In this document: in pieces, positions 12,640 to 26,070 of the stretch
Position numbering within the stretch: position 1 is the first letter of the stretch
How the letters are laid out: each line of letters begins with the position of its first letter
From: Octopus vulgaris
Taxonomy: Eukaryota
DNA length: 64,000 nucleotides
Assembly: GCA_951406725.2 (NCBI GenBank)
Contig: OX597819.1
Span: 24,924,001 to 24,988,000 of the forward strand
Direction: 5' to 3'
Position numbers and translations under genes: made by a program
Notes under the pieces: generated by a model
Databases searched by the model: none
Seen by the model: the letters and a program-made list of their open reading frames with translations, nothing else
What the model was told of the DNA's origin: nothing

Positions 12640-13430
12640 TTATAGCACTATTTCTTGCCCACTAATAAATTTCATGAAAGATGCAGTGACTATAACTCAA
12701 GGAATGAGCTTACTTTCAGCATGTTTCAAGAATAATAACACAGCTGTAAGAACGCATTTGTCTTTGACAGTGAGGACTATTCAGTATTTGTTTGATCTCA
12801 GATAGCTGTCTTCCTATAACACATGGCATGGAAAACAACAATATACAAAAGGAAAGAAAGCTAAACGTTATAATAGAAAGTTAGCTTGCTGGAATCCCCA
12901 CATATGCCGGTTTACCTTTACTGCAAAAAGTATGTGCCCTCTTCCAGAGTGTTTAGGATTCTATGCACATCAAGAACTTGATGATTTTATACATGTAGAT
13001 TTAACTCTCATTCCGTTTGCAACGACATGTGTGTGTGAATTTAGATTCGGTTTTCTTTCTTCAAACAAGATAAAATCTAGGAATCCATAGAGAAACCTGT
13101 GGATCACAACTGGCAAAAAAGTTGCACGTTTTGCTAAGTCCTGAATGGGAGGAAGGAAATAAGAAGTTATTGAACTTAATGTTCACAACTGTGATTGATT
13201 TTTTAATTGGCAGGTAGATATAAATTCTACCTGCCAATTTATATATTATGAATTAAATAAAAAATTTATATTTTACGTTTATTTACTTACCACTCTACAA
13301 TATGCTCTTCAATTAAAAATTTGTTAGAGAGAATTGACATTTTCATAGTACAGTATTTTGTGGGGGCTGCGAAAATTAATAAAATATTTCCTAGGTGCAC
13401 TGGGCCTGTAAAACAGTGGAGACCACCAAC
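12640..13430 (+). mobile_element. Heavily decayed hAT (Charlie/Buster-like) transposon remnant
   Basis: 13007-13084 translates LIPFATTCVCEFRFGFLSSNKIKSRN, like the hAT dimerization motif (LLPFxTTYLCExGFS..K.K.RN). Charlie-like end AAAACAGTGGAGACCAC near 13410. Confidence 0.6.
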
Positions 13431-13699
13431 TCAGTTTTTAAAAATTTTTCTTGTGCTTATCTTTTGAAATTTATCTCGGCGAACGTGCTTTCCTTAGGAT
13501 TGACGTAAATACTAACATAGTTCTCTAGAAATCTATGGCTTAACAATAGTAAACTATTGTTGCATTGCACTATTTTATTTTAATACTTACTGTGAACAAC
13601 CATACAAATATACCAGGTAATATTTCGAGTATACAGACAACGTGATCTGTATCTTTTGACTGCACTTTACGTTATACAATGCATTACTTTCAACCTCTG

Positions 13700-14933
13700 T
13701 AGCGCATTACACTTCCGTGAAATGGGCCGCCTTTTGGGAGACGCGTTTTCTCAAACATTTGCTTGACGTTCATAATAACGCTAGGAAATCCGCATACACT
13801 TCGCTTTACTTATTCCACTTCTGGCCCACACTACTCAGACCGTTCTTCTTCCTCCTCTCACCACACCTACTCCCTGTTACTCTTTCACCTCGTCCTTTTC
13901 TCATTCACTCTTTCTGTGACCGCGTTATTAAACCTCCATAGTATTTCCCTTCAATGAGGGACAACTGTCCAAAACCCCAACTCCCCACAACAAATTCAAC
14001 ACTAATTTCGTTTGCTTTCTTTGAATATTTACAATATTTAGCTGGCAACTTGATTTTTATTTGTTTAGCTCCACGTTTTCTTTCGTCGAGAAAACTCAAG
14101 TATGATTAAAGACAATCCAGTTTTGACCATTTCATCTTATTGTTGAAACAAAGCGCCTGGGATTATAATTATTTAATGTAGTCTTTATTTTCTGTTTTAA
14201 GACAGTATGTTTTGATATGTGGAGGCGCGTGGCTTAGTGGTTAGGGTGTCAGCATCATGATCGTAAGATTGTGGTTTCGATTCCTGGACCGGGCGACGCG
14301 TTGTGTTCTTGAGCAAAACACTTCATTTCATGTTGCTCCAGTCCACTCAGTTGGCGAAAATGAGTAACGCTGCGATGGACTGGCGTCCCGTCCAGCTAGG
14401 GAACACATTACGCCATTGGCTAGGCTTTAAAAAGGGCGCATCTATTTATTAATTAGTAAGTTTTGATATGGAAGTAATTCGGTTTATACAAAAGGTAAAA
14501 AAATGCAATGCCCTTCCCAGAGCTGAGTTCTCTCTGTGCAGAAACAAAACTCACGTCGTTTTAGCTGAGAGGCTAAGACCCCACCTTATCTACACACCTT
14601 TGAAGTTCTGCTTAATTATCCATTGGCTGGGGGACAAAATAATAACCTCTTATTAATTTGTTATAATTATCTCTCTGAAGCATAAGCTATTTTTTTGTTA
14701 GTAACAACGGGTGCGTGTGCGCGCGCGCTTCCGTGTGCATGTGCGCGCGCGTTCGCGCCCGGCCGATGGTAGATCAATCATCGTAATCGTTACAAACATT
14801 GACATCTCCACGTTTTTGTTACTGTCGCCATTATCATAGCCCCTGGTTTAATCATAATAGTTGTCAATGTCATTCATTCTGATCAATCAGTATACTCACA
14901 CTCTATTCACCTGCCCACCTGTTATATGGCCAG
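13700..14933. promoter_or_regulatory. Candidate CpG-retaining promoter/first-exon region
   Basis: Unique sequence with clustered CpGs, ETS-like ACTTCCG near 13711, GCGCGCGC runs at 14712-14765, candidate donor CAG|GTAACA at 14933. Lies at the CpG-rich to CpG-poor transition. Confidence 0.35.
14220..14454 (+). mobile_element. tRNA-derived SINE family E with TSD
   Basis: A-box TGGCTTAGTGG, B-box GTTTCGATTCC, GTGTTCTTGAGCAAAACACTT core. 16-bp TSD AGTA(T/A)GTTTTGATATG at 14204-14219 and 14455-14470. Confidence 0.85.
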
Positions 14934-14954
14934 GTAACACCACAAACATACGCG

Positions 14955-14955
14955 T

Positions 14956-15026
<71 letters not shown>

Positions 15027-15377
15027 CATACATAAATACTTGTTTGTCAGCCCTCCCATCGCCATATCTATTTAAATACCTGTGGCTTATATATTTAGGA
15101 ACCTATTTTACCTGTCACTATTTCTCACCCCTCCCCAGTCTCCCTCTTTCTCTCCTTCACATTCTTATACACACATACGAGTTCTCCCTTCCCCTCTCTC
15201 TCTCTCTCTCTCTCTCGTTTTGTATGTATATGTATGTGCATATATATATATATGTATATGTATGTATATGTATATATATGTATATGTATGTATATGTATA
15301 TATATGTATATGTATGTATATGTATATATATGTATATGTATATATGTGTATGTATATATATGTATGTATATATATGC

Positions 15378-15417
<40 letters not shown>

Positions 15418-15438
15418 ATATATGTATATATATGTATA

Positions 15439-15488
<50 letters not shown>

Positions 15489-15546
15489 TACATATGTATA
15501 TACACATACACATGTATGTATATACATATACACATATGTATGCAAC

Positions 15547-15578
<32 letters not shown>

Positions 15579-15695
15579 GCATACATATACATATATATAC
15601 ATATATATATATATATGTACATACATATATATACAAATAAATATACACGTTTATATATTATATACGTATATATATGCATATAAATATATACATAT

Positions 15696-15733
<38 letters not shown>

Positions 15734-15810
15734 GTGTGTGCGTGCGTTTCTCTCTCTCTCTCTCTCTCTCTCCCTCCCTCCCTCCCTCTCTCTCTCTCTA
15801 TCTATCTATC
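14955..15810. repeat. Compound microsatellite cluster (CA, TA, TATG, CT)
   Basis: Direct inspection; source of spurious Y/I/M/C ORFs. Confidence 0.95.
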
Positions 15811-15836
15811 TCTCCTTTTTTCCACTCTCCTTGTAG

Positions 15837-15874
15837 CACACACTTTGTTCCTGAAAACAAGCACACTGCCAGAG
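15837..15874 (+). other. Candidate 38-nt exon
   Basis: Long pyrimidine tract ending TTGTAG at 15836; donor GAG|GTAACG. Confidence 0.4.
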
Positions 15875-16379
15875 GTAACGCAGTGGTGGCTGCTATTTGG
15901 ACTTAATAAATGTAATGTCTAAATGAGAGGACAAGGATGGTGTGTGGGTGCGCGGGGGGGTTTCAGCAGTAGTGGTGGGAAACTGGAGGTGATCACCTGT
16001 ACTGGTGACTGTCACCTAGCCACAAGTCTCTCTCTCTCTCTCCCTTTCTCTCTTACATTTCTATCCTCACCTTTCACTCCCCCTTCCTCTCCCTCTCATA
16101 CACACTCACACTTTCCATACCTATACACACATATATTAGACACTAGCACTTGCGAGACTCTATTCAATTGACATTGGTATTTTTGTGCATATGTTACAAC
16201 ACTTTCAGGCTATTTTATATACACTCTTCAGTTACATTCTAAGGTTGACATACTTAGTGAGATTAGGAAAAACTCACATTAAGTGGTTGTTTCTTTTAAA
16301 TCTATTTTTGTTCTTGTGTTTGTGTGTGTATATACATATAACGCATGTGCGTATATATTTGTATGTATAATACATACAC

Positions 16380-17081
16380 ACATACATAATACAAACACAT
16401 ACACATACATACATATATATATATATATATATGTATATGTATGTATGTATGTATGTATATATGTATGTATATATATATGTATGTATATATATATGTATGT
16501 ATATATATATGTATGTATATATATATGTATGTATTTATATATATATATATGTATGTATGTATATATGTATGTATATATATATGTATGTATATATATATGT
16601 ATGCATATATATATGTATGTATATATATATGTATGTATATATGTATGTATGTATATATGTATGTATGTATATATGTATGTATGTATATATGTATGTATGT
16701 ATATATGTATGTATGTATATATGTATGTATGTATATATGTATGTATGTATATATGTATGTATGTATATATGTATGTATGTATGTATATATGTATGTATGT
16801 ATGTATATATATATGTATGTATGTATGTATATATATATGTATGTATGTATATATATGTATGTATGTATGTATATATGTATGTATGTATGTATATATATAT
16901 GTATGTATGTATGTATATATGTATATATGTATATATATATATGTATGTATGTATGTATATATGTATGTATGTATATATATATATGTATGTATGTATGTAT
17001 ATATATATGTATGTATGTATGTATGTATATATGTATGTATGTATATATATATATGTATGTATATATATATGTATGTATGTA

Positions 17082-17114
<33 letters not shown>

Positions 17115-17158
17115 ATATATATATGTATGTATATATATATGTATGTATGTATGTATGT

Positions 17159-17192
<34 letters not shown>

Positions 17193-17193
17193 G

Positions 17194-17224
<31 letters not shown>

Positions 17225-17301
17225 GTATGTATATATATATATATGTATGTATATATATATATATGTATGTATATATATATATGTATGTATATATATATAT
17301 G

Positions 17302-17352
<51 letters not shown>

Positions 17353-17365
17353 ATATATATGTATG

Positions 17366-17400
<35 letters not shown>

Positions 17401-17421
17401 GTATGTATATATATATGTATG

Positions 17422-17456
<35 letters not shown>

Positions 17457-17475
17457 GTATGTATATATATATATG

Positions 17476-17526
<51 letters not shown>

Positions 17527-17532
17527 GTATAT
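16380..17532. repeat. About 1.1-kb (TATG)n(TA)m compound microsatellite
   Basis: Direct inspection; explains the 345-422 aa ORFs on both strands. Confidence 0.97.
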
Positions 17533-17573
17533 AGACAGATAGATCACTTGGAATTCCTGTTTGGTTACTCATA

Positions 17574-17875
17574 ACTGTTGTGACGTAGATAGTATGACCC
17601 GACCTCTCTTTGGTCCTAGTGAAAATTTGAAAGAAAGAAAGTGGGTGTTTATGAGATAAGGTGTTAGAGAAAAATTATTGCAGATAAAAACCTTTATTCT
17701 CCTGTGCTGTCGATTTTGTTTAATAATCAGTAGATTTATAATAAAATTCGTTTTGAATGTCCTCGGGGGAAAACGAATTTTATTGTAGAGTTTGGCTCTG
17801 CTTTTTGCATCGAGTCTCCCTATCAGTAAATATTTTGTTTTGGAAATTTCTTTAAAATAATGTCTTTAAATAAAT
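17574..17875 (+). repeat. 302-bp unique segment, donor copy of a local duplication
   Basis: Apparently identical by eye to 18512-18813. Confidence 0.95.
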
Positions 17876-17924
17876 ATTTAATGATCAAAAAACAATTTTT
17901 TAACGTATGCCTGAACAGATCAGT

Positions 17925-18135
17925 AGAGTTGCGTGGCTTTTTGGTTAGTGTGTTGTATTCACGATGACAAGATCATGGTTTTGGGTGGCGTGTTGTGTTC
18001 TTGAGCAAAACACTTCATTTCATATAGCTCCAATTTACCCAGCTGTAAATTAGTAACCCTGCGATGGATGGACTATCGTTTCATTCAGAAGGGTTATTGT
18101 CATCTTCGGGAAACCGGGTAACTAGCACTGTATGT
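17925..18135 (+). mobile_element. Degenerate family E SINE
   Basis: GTTGTGTTCTTGAGCAAAACACTTCATTTCA and CCTGCGATGGA shared with the 14220 copy. Confidence 0.7.
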
Positions 18136-18511
18136 CCAGGTCTTGAGCAGGTCTTGAGCAGTACTTATGCACATCTGTTTTATTGATGTATGTGTGTGTG
18201 TGTACACACACACACACACACATATATATATACATACATATATTACACTATGTAGCTTATTGTGTGTGTGTGTACACACACAGACACACGCGTGCACAAA
18301 CACACGTATATTTTCACGAATATGATGATGATTGTGTCACCTTCTGAGATGAAAGCCGTTTCCTGTGAGATATATATATCCATTACTTGATTATAGTGAC
18401 ATATAATTGTATGACATAAACCTCTCTGTACTTATCCATAGTTGAATATCAATTGTTAACCAGGAGCTAGATGATTGGTAACTATTTCCAAGCTTGCTCA
18501 ATAAAAAAGGT

Positions 18512-18813
18512 ACTGTTGTGACGTAGATAGTATGACCCGACCTCTCTTTGGTCCTAGTGAAAATTTGAAAGAAAGAAAGTGGGTGTTTATGAGATAAGGT
18601 GTTAGAGAAAAATTATTGCAGATAAAAACCTTTATTCTCCTGTGCTGTCGATTTTGTTTAATAATCAGTAGATTTATAATAAAATTCGTTTTGAATGTCC
18701 TCGGGGGAAAACGAATTTTATTGTAGAGTTTGGCTCTGCTTTTTGCATCGAGTCTCCCTATCAGTAAATATTTTGTTTTGGAAATTTCTTTAAAATAATG
18801 TCTTTAAATAAAT
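18512..18813 (+). repeat. 302-bp inserted duplicate flanked by 44-bp direct repeats
   Basis: ATGATTGGTAACTATTTCCAAGCTTGCTCAATAAAAAAGGTACT at 18471-18514 and 18812-18855. Confidence 0.95.
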
Positions 18814-18976
18814 GATTGGTAACTATTTCCAAGCTTGCTCAATAAAAAAGGTACTCACTTGGTTAGTGTGTTAGGGATTGGTGTTTTATAATTTTCCTTC
18901 TGCTAGTGATTTTACTTAGCACCCAATTGCAAACCTGGGTTTATTTAAGCTTCCCTTCCTGCCAAAAATATATATA

Positions 18977-19375
18977 CTCTTTACTTGTTTTAGTCATTTG
19001 ACTGTGGCCATGCTGGGGCACCGCCTTTAGTCGAGCAAATCGACCCTAGGCCTCATTCTTTGTAAGCCTAGTACTTATTCTATCAGTCCCTTTTGCCGAA
19101 CCGCTAAGTGACGGGGACGTAAACACACCAGCATCGGTTGTCAAGCAATGCTAGGGGGACAAACACAGACACACAAACATATACACACACATATATATAT
19201 ATACATACATATATACGACGGGCTTCTTTCAGTTTCCGTCTACCAAATCCATTCACAAGGTTTTGGTTGGCCCGAGGCTATAGCAGAAGACACTTGCCCA
19301 AGATGCCACGCAGTGGGACTGAACCCGGAACCATGTGGTTGGTAAGCAAGCTACTTACCACACAGCCACTCCTGC
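18977..19375 (-). mobile_element. SINE family A, full length
   Basis: Head (- strand) GGAGTGGCTGTGTGG...GGGTTCAGTCCC, central CA/TA microsatellite, tail GACTAAAACAAGTAAAGAG. Confidence 0.9.
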
Positions 19376-19858
19376 TGTATATATCAGAGTTTTTCATTTC
19401 TTAGATAGTCAAAACTAAAATGCAACAAACTGTCCGTGACATGAGTTATCCAATGTCGCTACCAATCTCGTATTTGCCTCCTCTGCAAACACTGGCAAAA
19501 GGCATTTTGTTGCATTCAGATACAATTTCCTTTGCTAAGTTAAGAAAGTACCAGCAACATCTTGCTCAATTTCTGGTAGGTTCTTGAATGAAACAACTTT
19601 TATTGGATTTACTGTTTTAATGAAACATTAGCACTCAGTATTAATGTTTTGAGTATTTTATTCTAAGTGACCCTATCTTCCTCTGGACAGCTGAACCCAG
19701 AATTTGTGTGTGTGTGTATTTGGGCTGCTTGCATCTGAGATACTTTTTACTCCTCACTGACAAGAATCTGTCCCCTATTTGTCTTGGTAGGTCTGCAATT
19801 TGACGTGTGTTTTTGCCAATAACTTCACTGATGTTGACTGTTCTATGTTCTCCATTAG

Positions 19859-19875
19859 GTGCAGAATCTTCCGAG
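19859..19875 (+). other. Candidate 17-nt micro-exon
   Basis: CTGTTCTATGTTCTCCATTAG|GTGCAGAATCTTCCGAG|GTATAT. Confidence 0.3.
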
Positions 19876-19922
19876 GTATATGCACTATCTTGCACACATG
19901 TACATACATATATGTTAGTATG

Positions 19923-19956
<34 letters not shown>

Positions 19957-19961
<5 letters not shown>

Positions 19962-20047
19962 TCCAAACATGAAAGCACAAAAAAACACAACAATGCGAGG
20001 AAGTGGAACAAATATAGTATTATTGGCAGCTCAGGAAAGAAGGAAAT
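19957..20047 (-). mobile_element. Family H fragment (3' part only, no ribozyme core)
   Basis: TAATCCAAACATGAAAG...GTGGAACAAATATAGTATTATTGG...CTCAGGAAAGAAGG is the reverse complement of about 652-741; flanked by (TA)n. Confidence 0.75.
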
Positions 20048-20073
20048 ATATATATATATGTATGTATTTATGT

Positions 20074-20301
20074 CTTTACTACCCACAAAGGGTTAAACAC
20101 AGAGGGGACAAACAAGGACAGGCAAACGGATTAAGTCGATTACACTGACCCCAGTGCGTAACTGGTACTTAATTCATCGACCCCGAAAGGATGAAAGGCA
20201 AAGTCGACCTCGGCGGAATTTGAACTCAGAACGCAGCGGCAGACGAAATACCACAAAGCATTTCGCCCGGTGTGCTAACATTTCTGCCAGCTCACCGCCT
20301 T
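20074..20301 (-). mobile_element. SINE family B
   Basis: Reverse complement of the 7816-8030 unit. Confidence 0.9.
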
Positions 20302-21180
20302 TTATATGTATGTATATATATATATATATACACACACATACATGTTTATGCATTTGCATGCATACATAATGCATGCACGTGTGTATATATGTGTATATGT
20401 GTGTGTTTATGTATATATGTGCGTGTGTGTGTTTATGTAAATATTTGTGTGTGTCTGCTTGTTTATACTTACACATTCAGCAATGTATACACTATATTGT
20501 TAATTTTGAATTTTTACCATTTACATTCTGTTCCTTGTATTGGTTCAATACCCATTTCTCTTTTTTTCACAGAAATTCTATTATTCTATTATACTCTTCT
20601 CTTGGCATTTTTTCCTTTAGGTAATTTTTTTCTCCCACCCTGTTTTCCCTTTCATTATTCTTTCTCTACTTTCACTCCTTTTGCTCCCCCCCCCCCCAAC
20701 ATATTTGTTTCATAATTTTCATTTCTTTTTCTCTTCCTCTTACTGTCACCTCACTGACCTTGGAATCCCTTCCATTCATATTGCCAGCCAGCCAGCCTTT
20801 AATTTTTCTCTGCTGCCATTTGCCAATTGCGTTGACAAAACCTTACAGTGTTAGGACAGTATAACACAATAACACAAGATGTAGTTTTCATCAACTGTCA
20901 TCCGTTTTCATTATGTGTACACCAGAAATAAGGCAGCTGAACAAATGAGCAGTTTGCACTCTGATACAAATGAAAAAAATCTAACCAACCCTATAACATC
21001 CATTGTTAAATGTGTAGCAGGAACTGTGGTTTGTGGCAGGAACAGTAATGTGTGACATGAATAGTGATGTGTGGCACAAACTGTGGCACATGGCTGTAAA
21101 GTTCTCATGGAAACAAAGTACGTGAATTGGTTTCATTTCTTACTTGAAACTATTTTGCTTTCTTTTACTTACCTTTACTT

Positions 21181-21503
21181 CATCATCATCATCATCATTT
21201 AACGTCCGCTTTCCATGCTAGCATGGGTTGGATGATTCGACTGAGGACTGGCGAACCAGATGGCTGCACCAGACTCCAATCTGATCTGGCAGAGTTTCTA
21301 CAGCTTGATGCCCTTCCTAACGCGAACCATTCCGAGAGTGAGTGCTTTTACGTGCCACTGGCACAAGGGCCAGTCAGGCGGTACTGGCAATGTCCACGCT
21401 CAAATGGTGTTTTTTATGTGCCACCTGCACAGGAGCCAGTCTAGCGGCACTGGCAACGACCTCGCTTGAGCGCTTTTTCACATGCCAGTAAGGCGACGCT
21501 GGT
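21181..21503 (-). mobile_element. RTE LINE 3' end (family C)
   Basis: (CAT)n tail, TTTAACGTCCGCTTTCCATGCTAGCATGGG and GATGCCCTTCCTAACG motifs shared with the 33586 copy. Confidence 0.85.
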
Positions 21504-22560
21504 ACTTGTTTCTGTCATTCGACTGCTGCCATACTGGGGGAACTACCTTTGAGAGTTTTAGTTGAATAAATTGACCCTAGTACTTATTTTTTAAAGTCTA
21601 GTGTTTATTTTTGTCAGCTTCTTTTGCTGAACAGCTAAGTTACTGAGACATAAAGAAATAAACACTAGTTGTGAAGTGTTGGTGGGAAACAAACATAACA
21701 CACTCACACATGCAAGCATGCACGCCGATGGGTTTCTTTCAGTTTTCATCTATGAAATTTACTCACAAAACTTTGGTCAGCTTGGGTTTATAGTAGAAGA
21801 CACTTGCCCAATGTGCCACTCAGTTGGCAACCAAGACCACATAGTTGGCAACCAAGCTTCTATCTCAGCCATACTTGCATTTATACTTTGCTTAACTTTT
21901 TGTTTTTCTATAAAGCTTCTAATACTCTCATCTTGGTTTTATTTCTTAAAGACATCACTTTTCATTTTGGTTTCCTAGGCAACACAGAAGTCAGCCAACA
22001 AAAGAGCCTTTATGTGATCACATGACTTGATAGAAATAGCAATTTGATCTCCCTCAAATTAGTCACTTTGGATAATATACATCTTTTATTTATTTACTTC
22101 TTTCAGTCATTGAGCTGTATCCATATTGGGGCACCAATGTAAAGGGTCTGGTCAATCAAATCAGGCCCAGTACTTATTTTAAGTCTAGTACATAGTCTAT
22201 TGTTTTTTCAACAAACTGCTGAGTTTTGGGAATGTAAACAAACTGACATCAGTTGTCAAGCAGAGTCTGTTACAACACACACACAAACAAACAAACATGC
22301 ACACATGCGTGCAACACACACAAACATGCATACATGCATGCGCACACACATACACTTAAACAGCACACACCTGCATATGCACACACACATACACATACAC
22401 ATACACATACAATCACGCTTTCACTCATGTAAGACAGGCTTCAGCGCAATTTCTTTCTATCTACCAAATTTACTTCCCAAGATACTTGCCCATGATGTCA
22501 TGTTGTGAGACAAAACCTGAAGATAACATGGCTGGAAAATAAAATTTTTAACCACAAAGC
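21504..22560 (-). mobile_element. Two old, CpG-decayed family A SINEs (about 21504-21870 and 22095-22560)
   Basis: Degenerate CAGTCATT..CCAT..TGGGG tail and GA(C/T)ACTTGCCCA core. Confidence 0.65.
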
Positions 22561-23039
22561 CTACTTGTGCCTATAATAAACCCCCCCCCAAAAAAAACCC
22601 CCAAAACAGATGGGATCTGGTTGGAACACTTTTGATCAGGGCTGCTCAATCAGGATTCACCTGGAGCTAAACAACAATTAACACAAGTGACTGTTATTAT
22701 TGCTGTAGATGGCAGCAAGGTATCGCACCAGTTTAAAGTTAACTGAGTGTAAAATACTGTTTTAATTGCATGATGAGACCGTAGGTAATTTAGTATTATT
22801 GCTTCTAAAATATATAAACTTTCTCTCTCCTCCTTTTATATCACTGAAGTGTTCATAGATATGTAAGAGACTCATTTATATCGGGTGTTGATTTTTATAA
22901 CACTTTGGATAGGTGGATGAGTTGGGGGGTGTCTGGAATAATTTCTCTGCCTGCAAAGATCATGCCTACTTACCACTCATCCTCTCTTCTTCTCCTTATA
23001 AGAGATAATTAAATTTTTTTTCTGTTGTCCTCCTATCAG

Positions 23040-23066
23040 CAAAATTCTTTTATCTCTCTGCTTCAG
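23040..23066 (+). other. Candidate 27-nt micro-exon, or recursive splice site at 23066/23067
   Basis: TTTTTCTGTTGTCCTCCTATCAG|CAAAATTCTTTTATCTCTCTGCTTCAG|GTGAGT. Confidence 0.45.
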
Positions 23067-23150
23067 GTGAGTGCAAATTGTGCTATAGATAGTGTGTGTG
23101 TGTGTGTTTGCATGTGTCTTTGTATGTATATATTTCTCTCTATCTATCTA

Positions 23151-23198
<48 letters not shown>

Positions 23199-23201
<3 letters not shown>

Positions 23202-23418
23202 AAGTTAATCCAAACAAGTAAACAAAAAGGCAACAACGCAAGGATGTGGAACAAATAAAGTATTATAGGATGCTCAGGAAAGAGGGGAAGAAGGAGGGTT
23301 TGATGTTTCAAGCGGAGCTCTTTGTCGGAAACAAGGAGAAGGAAAGATTCCGAGACGGGAGGACAGAGGAAAAAAAATTGACGGCGGTATTCACGAGGTC
23401 ACATACTAAAAGGTCACA
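23199..23418 (-). mobile_element. Family H hammerhead repeat, decayed copy
   Basis: - strand 23332-23298 reads GTTT CCGACAA A GAGC TCC GCTT GAAA CA TC AAAC; embedded in (TA)n. Confidence 0.75.
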
Positions 23419-23443
23419 TACTATATATATATAGGTCACATAC

Positions 23444-23474
<31 letters not shown>

Positions 23475-25619
23475 AGAGGGGGGTATTTTTTTCTTGTACT
23501 TGCTTTATGGGGCACTGTCTCACAAGTTTAGCTGATTTTAATTGACTCCAGCACAAATTTTAAGTCTGGTATTTTGCCTTTTTGCCTGTTGTTGTGGAAC
23601 TACTAAGTTAAAGAGATGTAAACAAACTAGTACACACTCACACTCATTGCTGTGATCTACTACATCAACCCTTAACATAAGACTGCTACTGCCTAAGCCA
23701 AAGAGAAACTCTCAGATCGGATCTTTTCCATTTGGCTGCTAATTTCAATTTCTGTTCAAATTGATTTCATATTCAGTGTTATAATACACTTTTATAGGCT
23801 AATCAATGCCATGAAAAATCATTTTTGTTATAAATATATAAATAAAGAGTTATTAGCTATTAAAGTTTGAATATTTTGGGTAATTTTAGCCAATTGTAAG
23901 CCACACACATTCATGTCTGTTTCCATAGTAACAAGCCGAACATGAGAACTCTTTTTGTCTGTGAGAAAGCATGTGTTGACAAATATATTGAAACCACTTG
24001 TTTACACTGTTCTACTATTTTGACCACCAAAAATGCATATGGAATGCTTAAAGATTTGTCGTTTTTTAAATATTTAATTTGTAATGTGCTGTTTATTACA
24101 TTAAATGCATATTGAATACTTAACACTACAAAAGATGTGTTGTTTACTTATTTTCTGTGTGTAGAATACTAATATTGACAACACATGCCATTTTCAGGAT
24201 GTTGACAAAATGATGCACAAAATGACAGCTTCTAAATTCTGTTTCCTGATTGGGTGAAAATGATTAAACTTTAAACCTCTATAATTTTTTAGAAAAAATT
24301 TTTCTGGAAAAAGTGAAGTAACTTCAGCATTTCAGCTCAGAAACAACACTAATGCACCAAACTTTAAAATTTTTGATAAACTTCAATTTTTGAAACCTTG
24401 GCAGCCAAATGGAAAAGATCCCTCAGATCTCCTTTCAGTTAAACTCTATTGTTCATAAAGAAGGACTCATTGAATAATGTAGTCCTAGTTATGCTACATT
24501 AAAAAAAAAATCCCCTAAAAGACCTGAAATGTTTGAAAGTGGAGAGCATCACAACATCCTTATTCAGTCTCATTGATGACCTGTGTCTGAAAATGCCTTG
24601 GATCACTCACCCCTTCATCGACCACACGCCAACTCCAGCCCTTTGCTAAATTAAATTAATACCAGGCTGGATAAATGGTTAGGCAAATAGAAAAAGGAAA
24701 AAATTCTGCAAAGTTGGTCAGGATATATTCTGCTTGAGATAGGATGGTTAGAACAAAGCCCTTTCTTTTAGTCAGCATCCCCTTGTTGTGCTACGTAATA
24801 AATGAAATCTAATAGATTAGGGAAGAATAAATAAATAAATAAAAGTTAAAAAGTAAAACAGCTACAATAAGGATGTAATATTATATATGTGTTTACTTGT
24901 ATTATTTTATTTGGAAGAGGGTGAAAGATGTGTAACAATGATTGTTATGATGAAGGACAAGGTAATTTGTTGACGGAAGGATTGAAGGAGGGAGAGGCAG
25001 GATTGAAATGAATGAGAGTGTGTGTGCATTGGCTGTGATGGTATGGGAAGGAGTGGTGGTGGTGGTGATGGAAATGCACAAATAAATATCTTATGGACTC
25101 GATTTGACAAAGTGGTATGCTAGGCAGAGAGTGTGTAGATTAGTTGAAAGTATTAGTAAGGGATAATTGAGGAAGAGAGGAAATACAAAAAGACTGGCAG
25201 AGAAGGTTGGTAAAGAAAGATGGATAAATAACAGTAAAATAAGGTGTCAAATATAGGTTGAGTGAAGGGGAGGAATCACATAAGTAGCTGACAGGATCAT
25301 AGGAACTGATTGGTGGGGGTCGGATATGAGGAGAATAGGGTTTAGCTACTATGCTGTTAGAAATTTAATAAATATTGGTGGTGTGGAGTTGGACATTGAG
25401 TTGGCCAATAGATGCCTGAAGTTAGATTTTTTGGATGGAGATGGGTATGAGTGGATGGATTTATGGCTGGAGTCAAACTCACATGCATGGATGGTCAATA
25501 GAGATAACTGAGACAAAGAGAAACCAGATGCCTTAAATAATTTAGTTTGTCACACTTTGTTTTAAGTTGAAGCTCCATTGAAGTCAGTGTAGTCATGTGT
25601 ACTTCTCCCACTTTTGCAC

Positions 25620-25662
<43 letters not shown>

Positions 25663-26070
25663 GAAAGGGAGAGATTCATTGATTCACTCATGTCATTATG
25701 AATTTGAATCTTCCCCCTCCATATTGTGAATTGGAAAGATCTGCAAATACAGCTTGTCTGTACATGTTTTGATACTCAAATTCTTCTGTGAGGCTCCAAT
25801 ATTCTTAAGTTTGCAAGTTTGTCCTAATTATTTCCTTGTAAGCCTAACTTTTTTTTACTATCTTCCACTGTTGACATATTGCATTTTATCAACCAGCATT
25901 CATTCATAAGACACCTTATTTTGCATCTCTTTCAGGAACCAATATTACTGTCTTTTCTGTATATTTCTGTCAGTGCCTTTAACATCTGATTATTTTTACT
26001 ATTCATTTATGCTAAGCATCTCTCACTCAACATTATTTGCATGGGGAAACATTAGCACGCCAGGCAAAAA

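Noticed and set aside
14861-15922. 150-274 aa overlapping ORFs
   Set aside because: Microsatellite-derived Y/I/C/M runs
16279-17574. 345-422 aa ORFs on both strands
   Set aside because: Translations of a TA/TATG microsatellite that lacks stop codons
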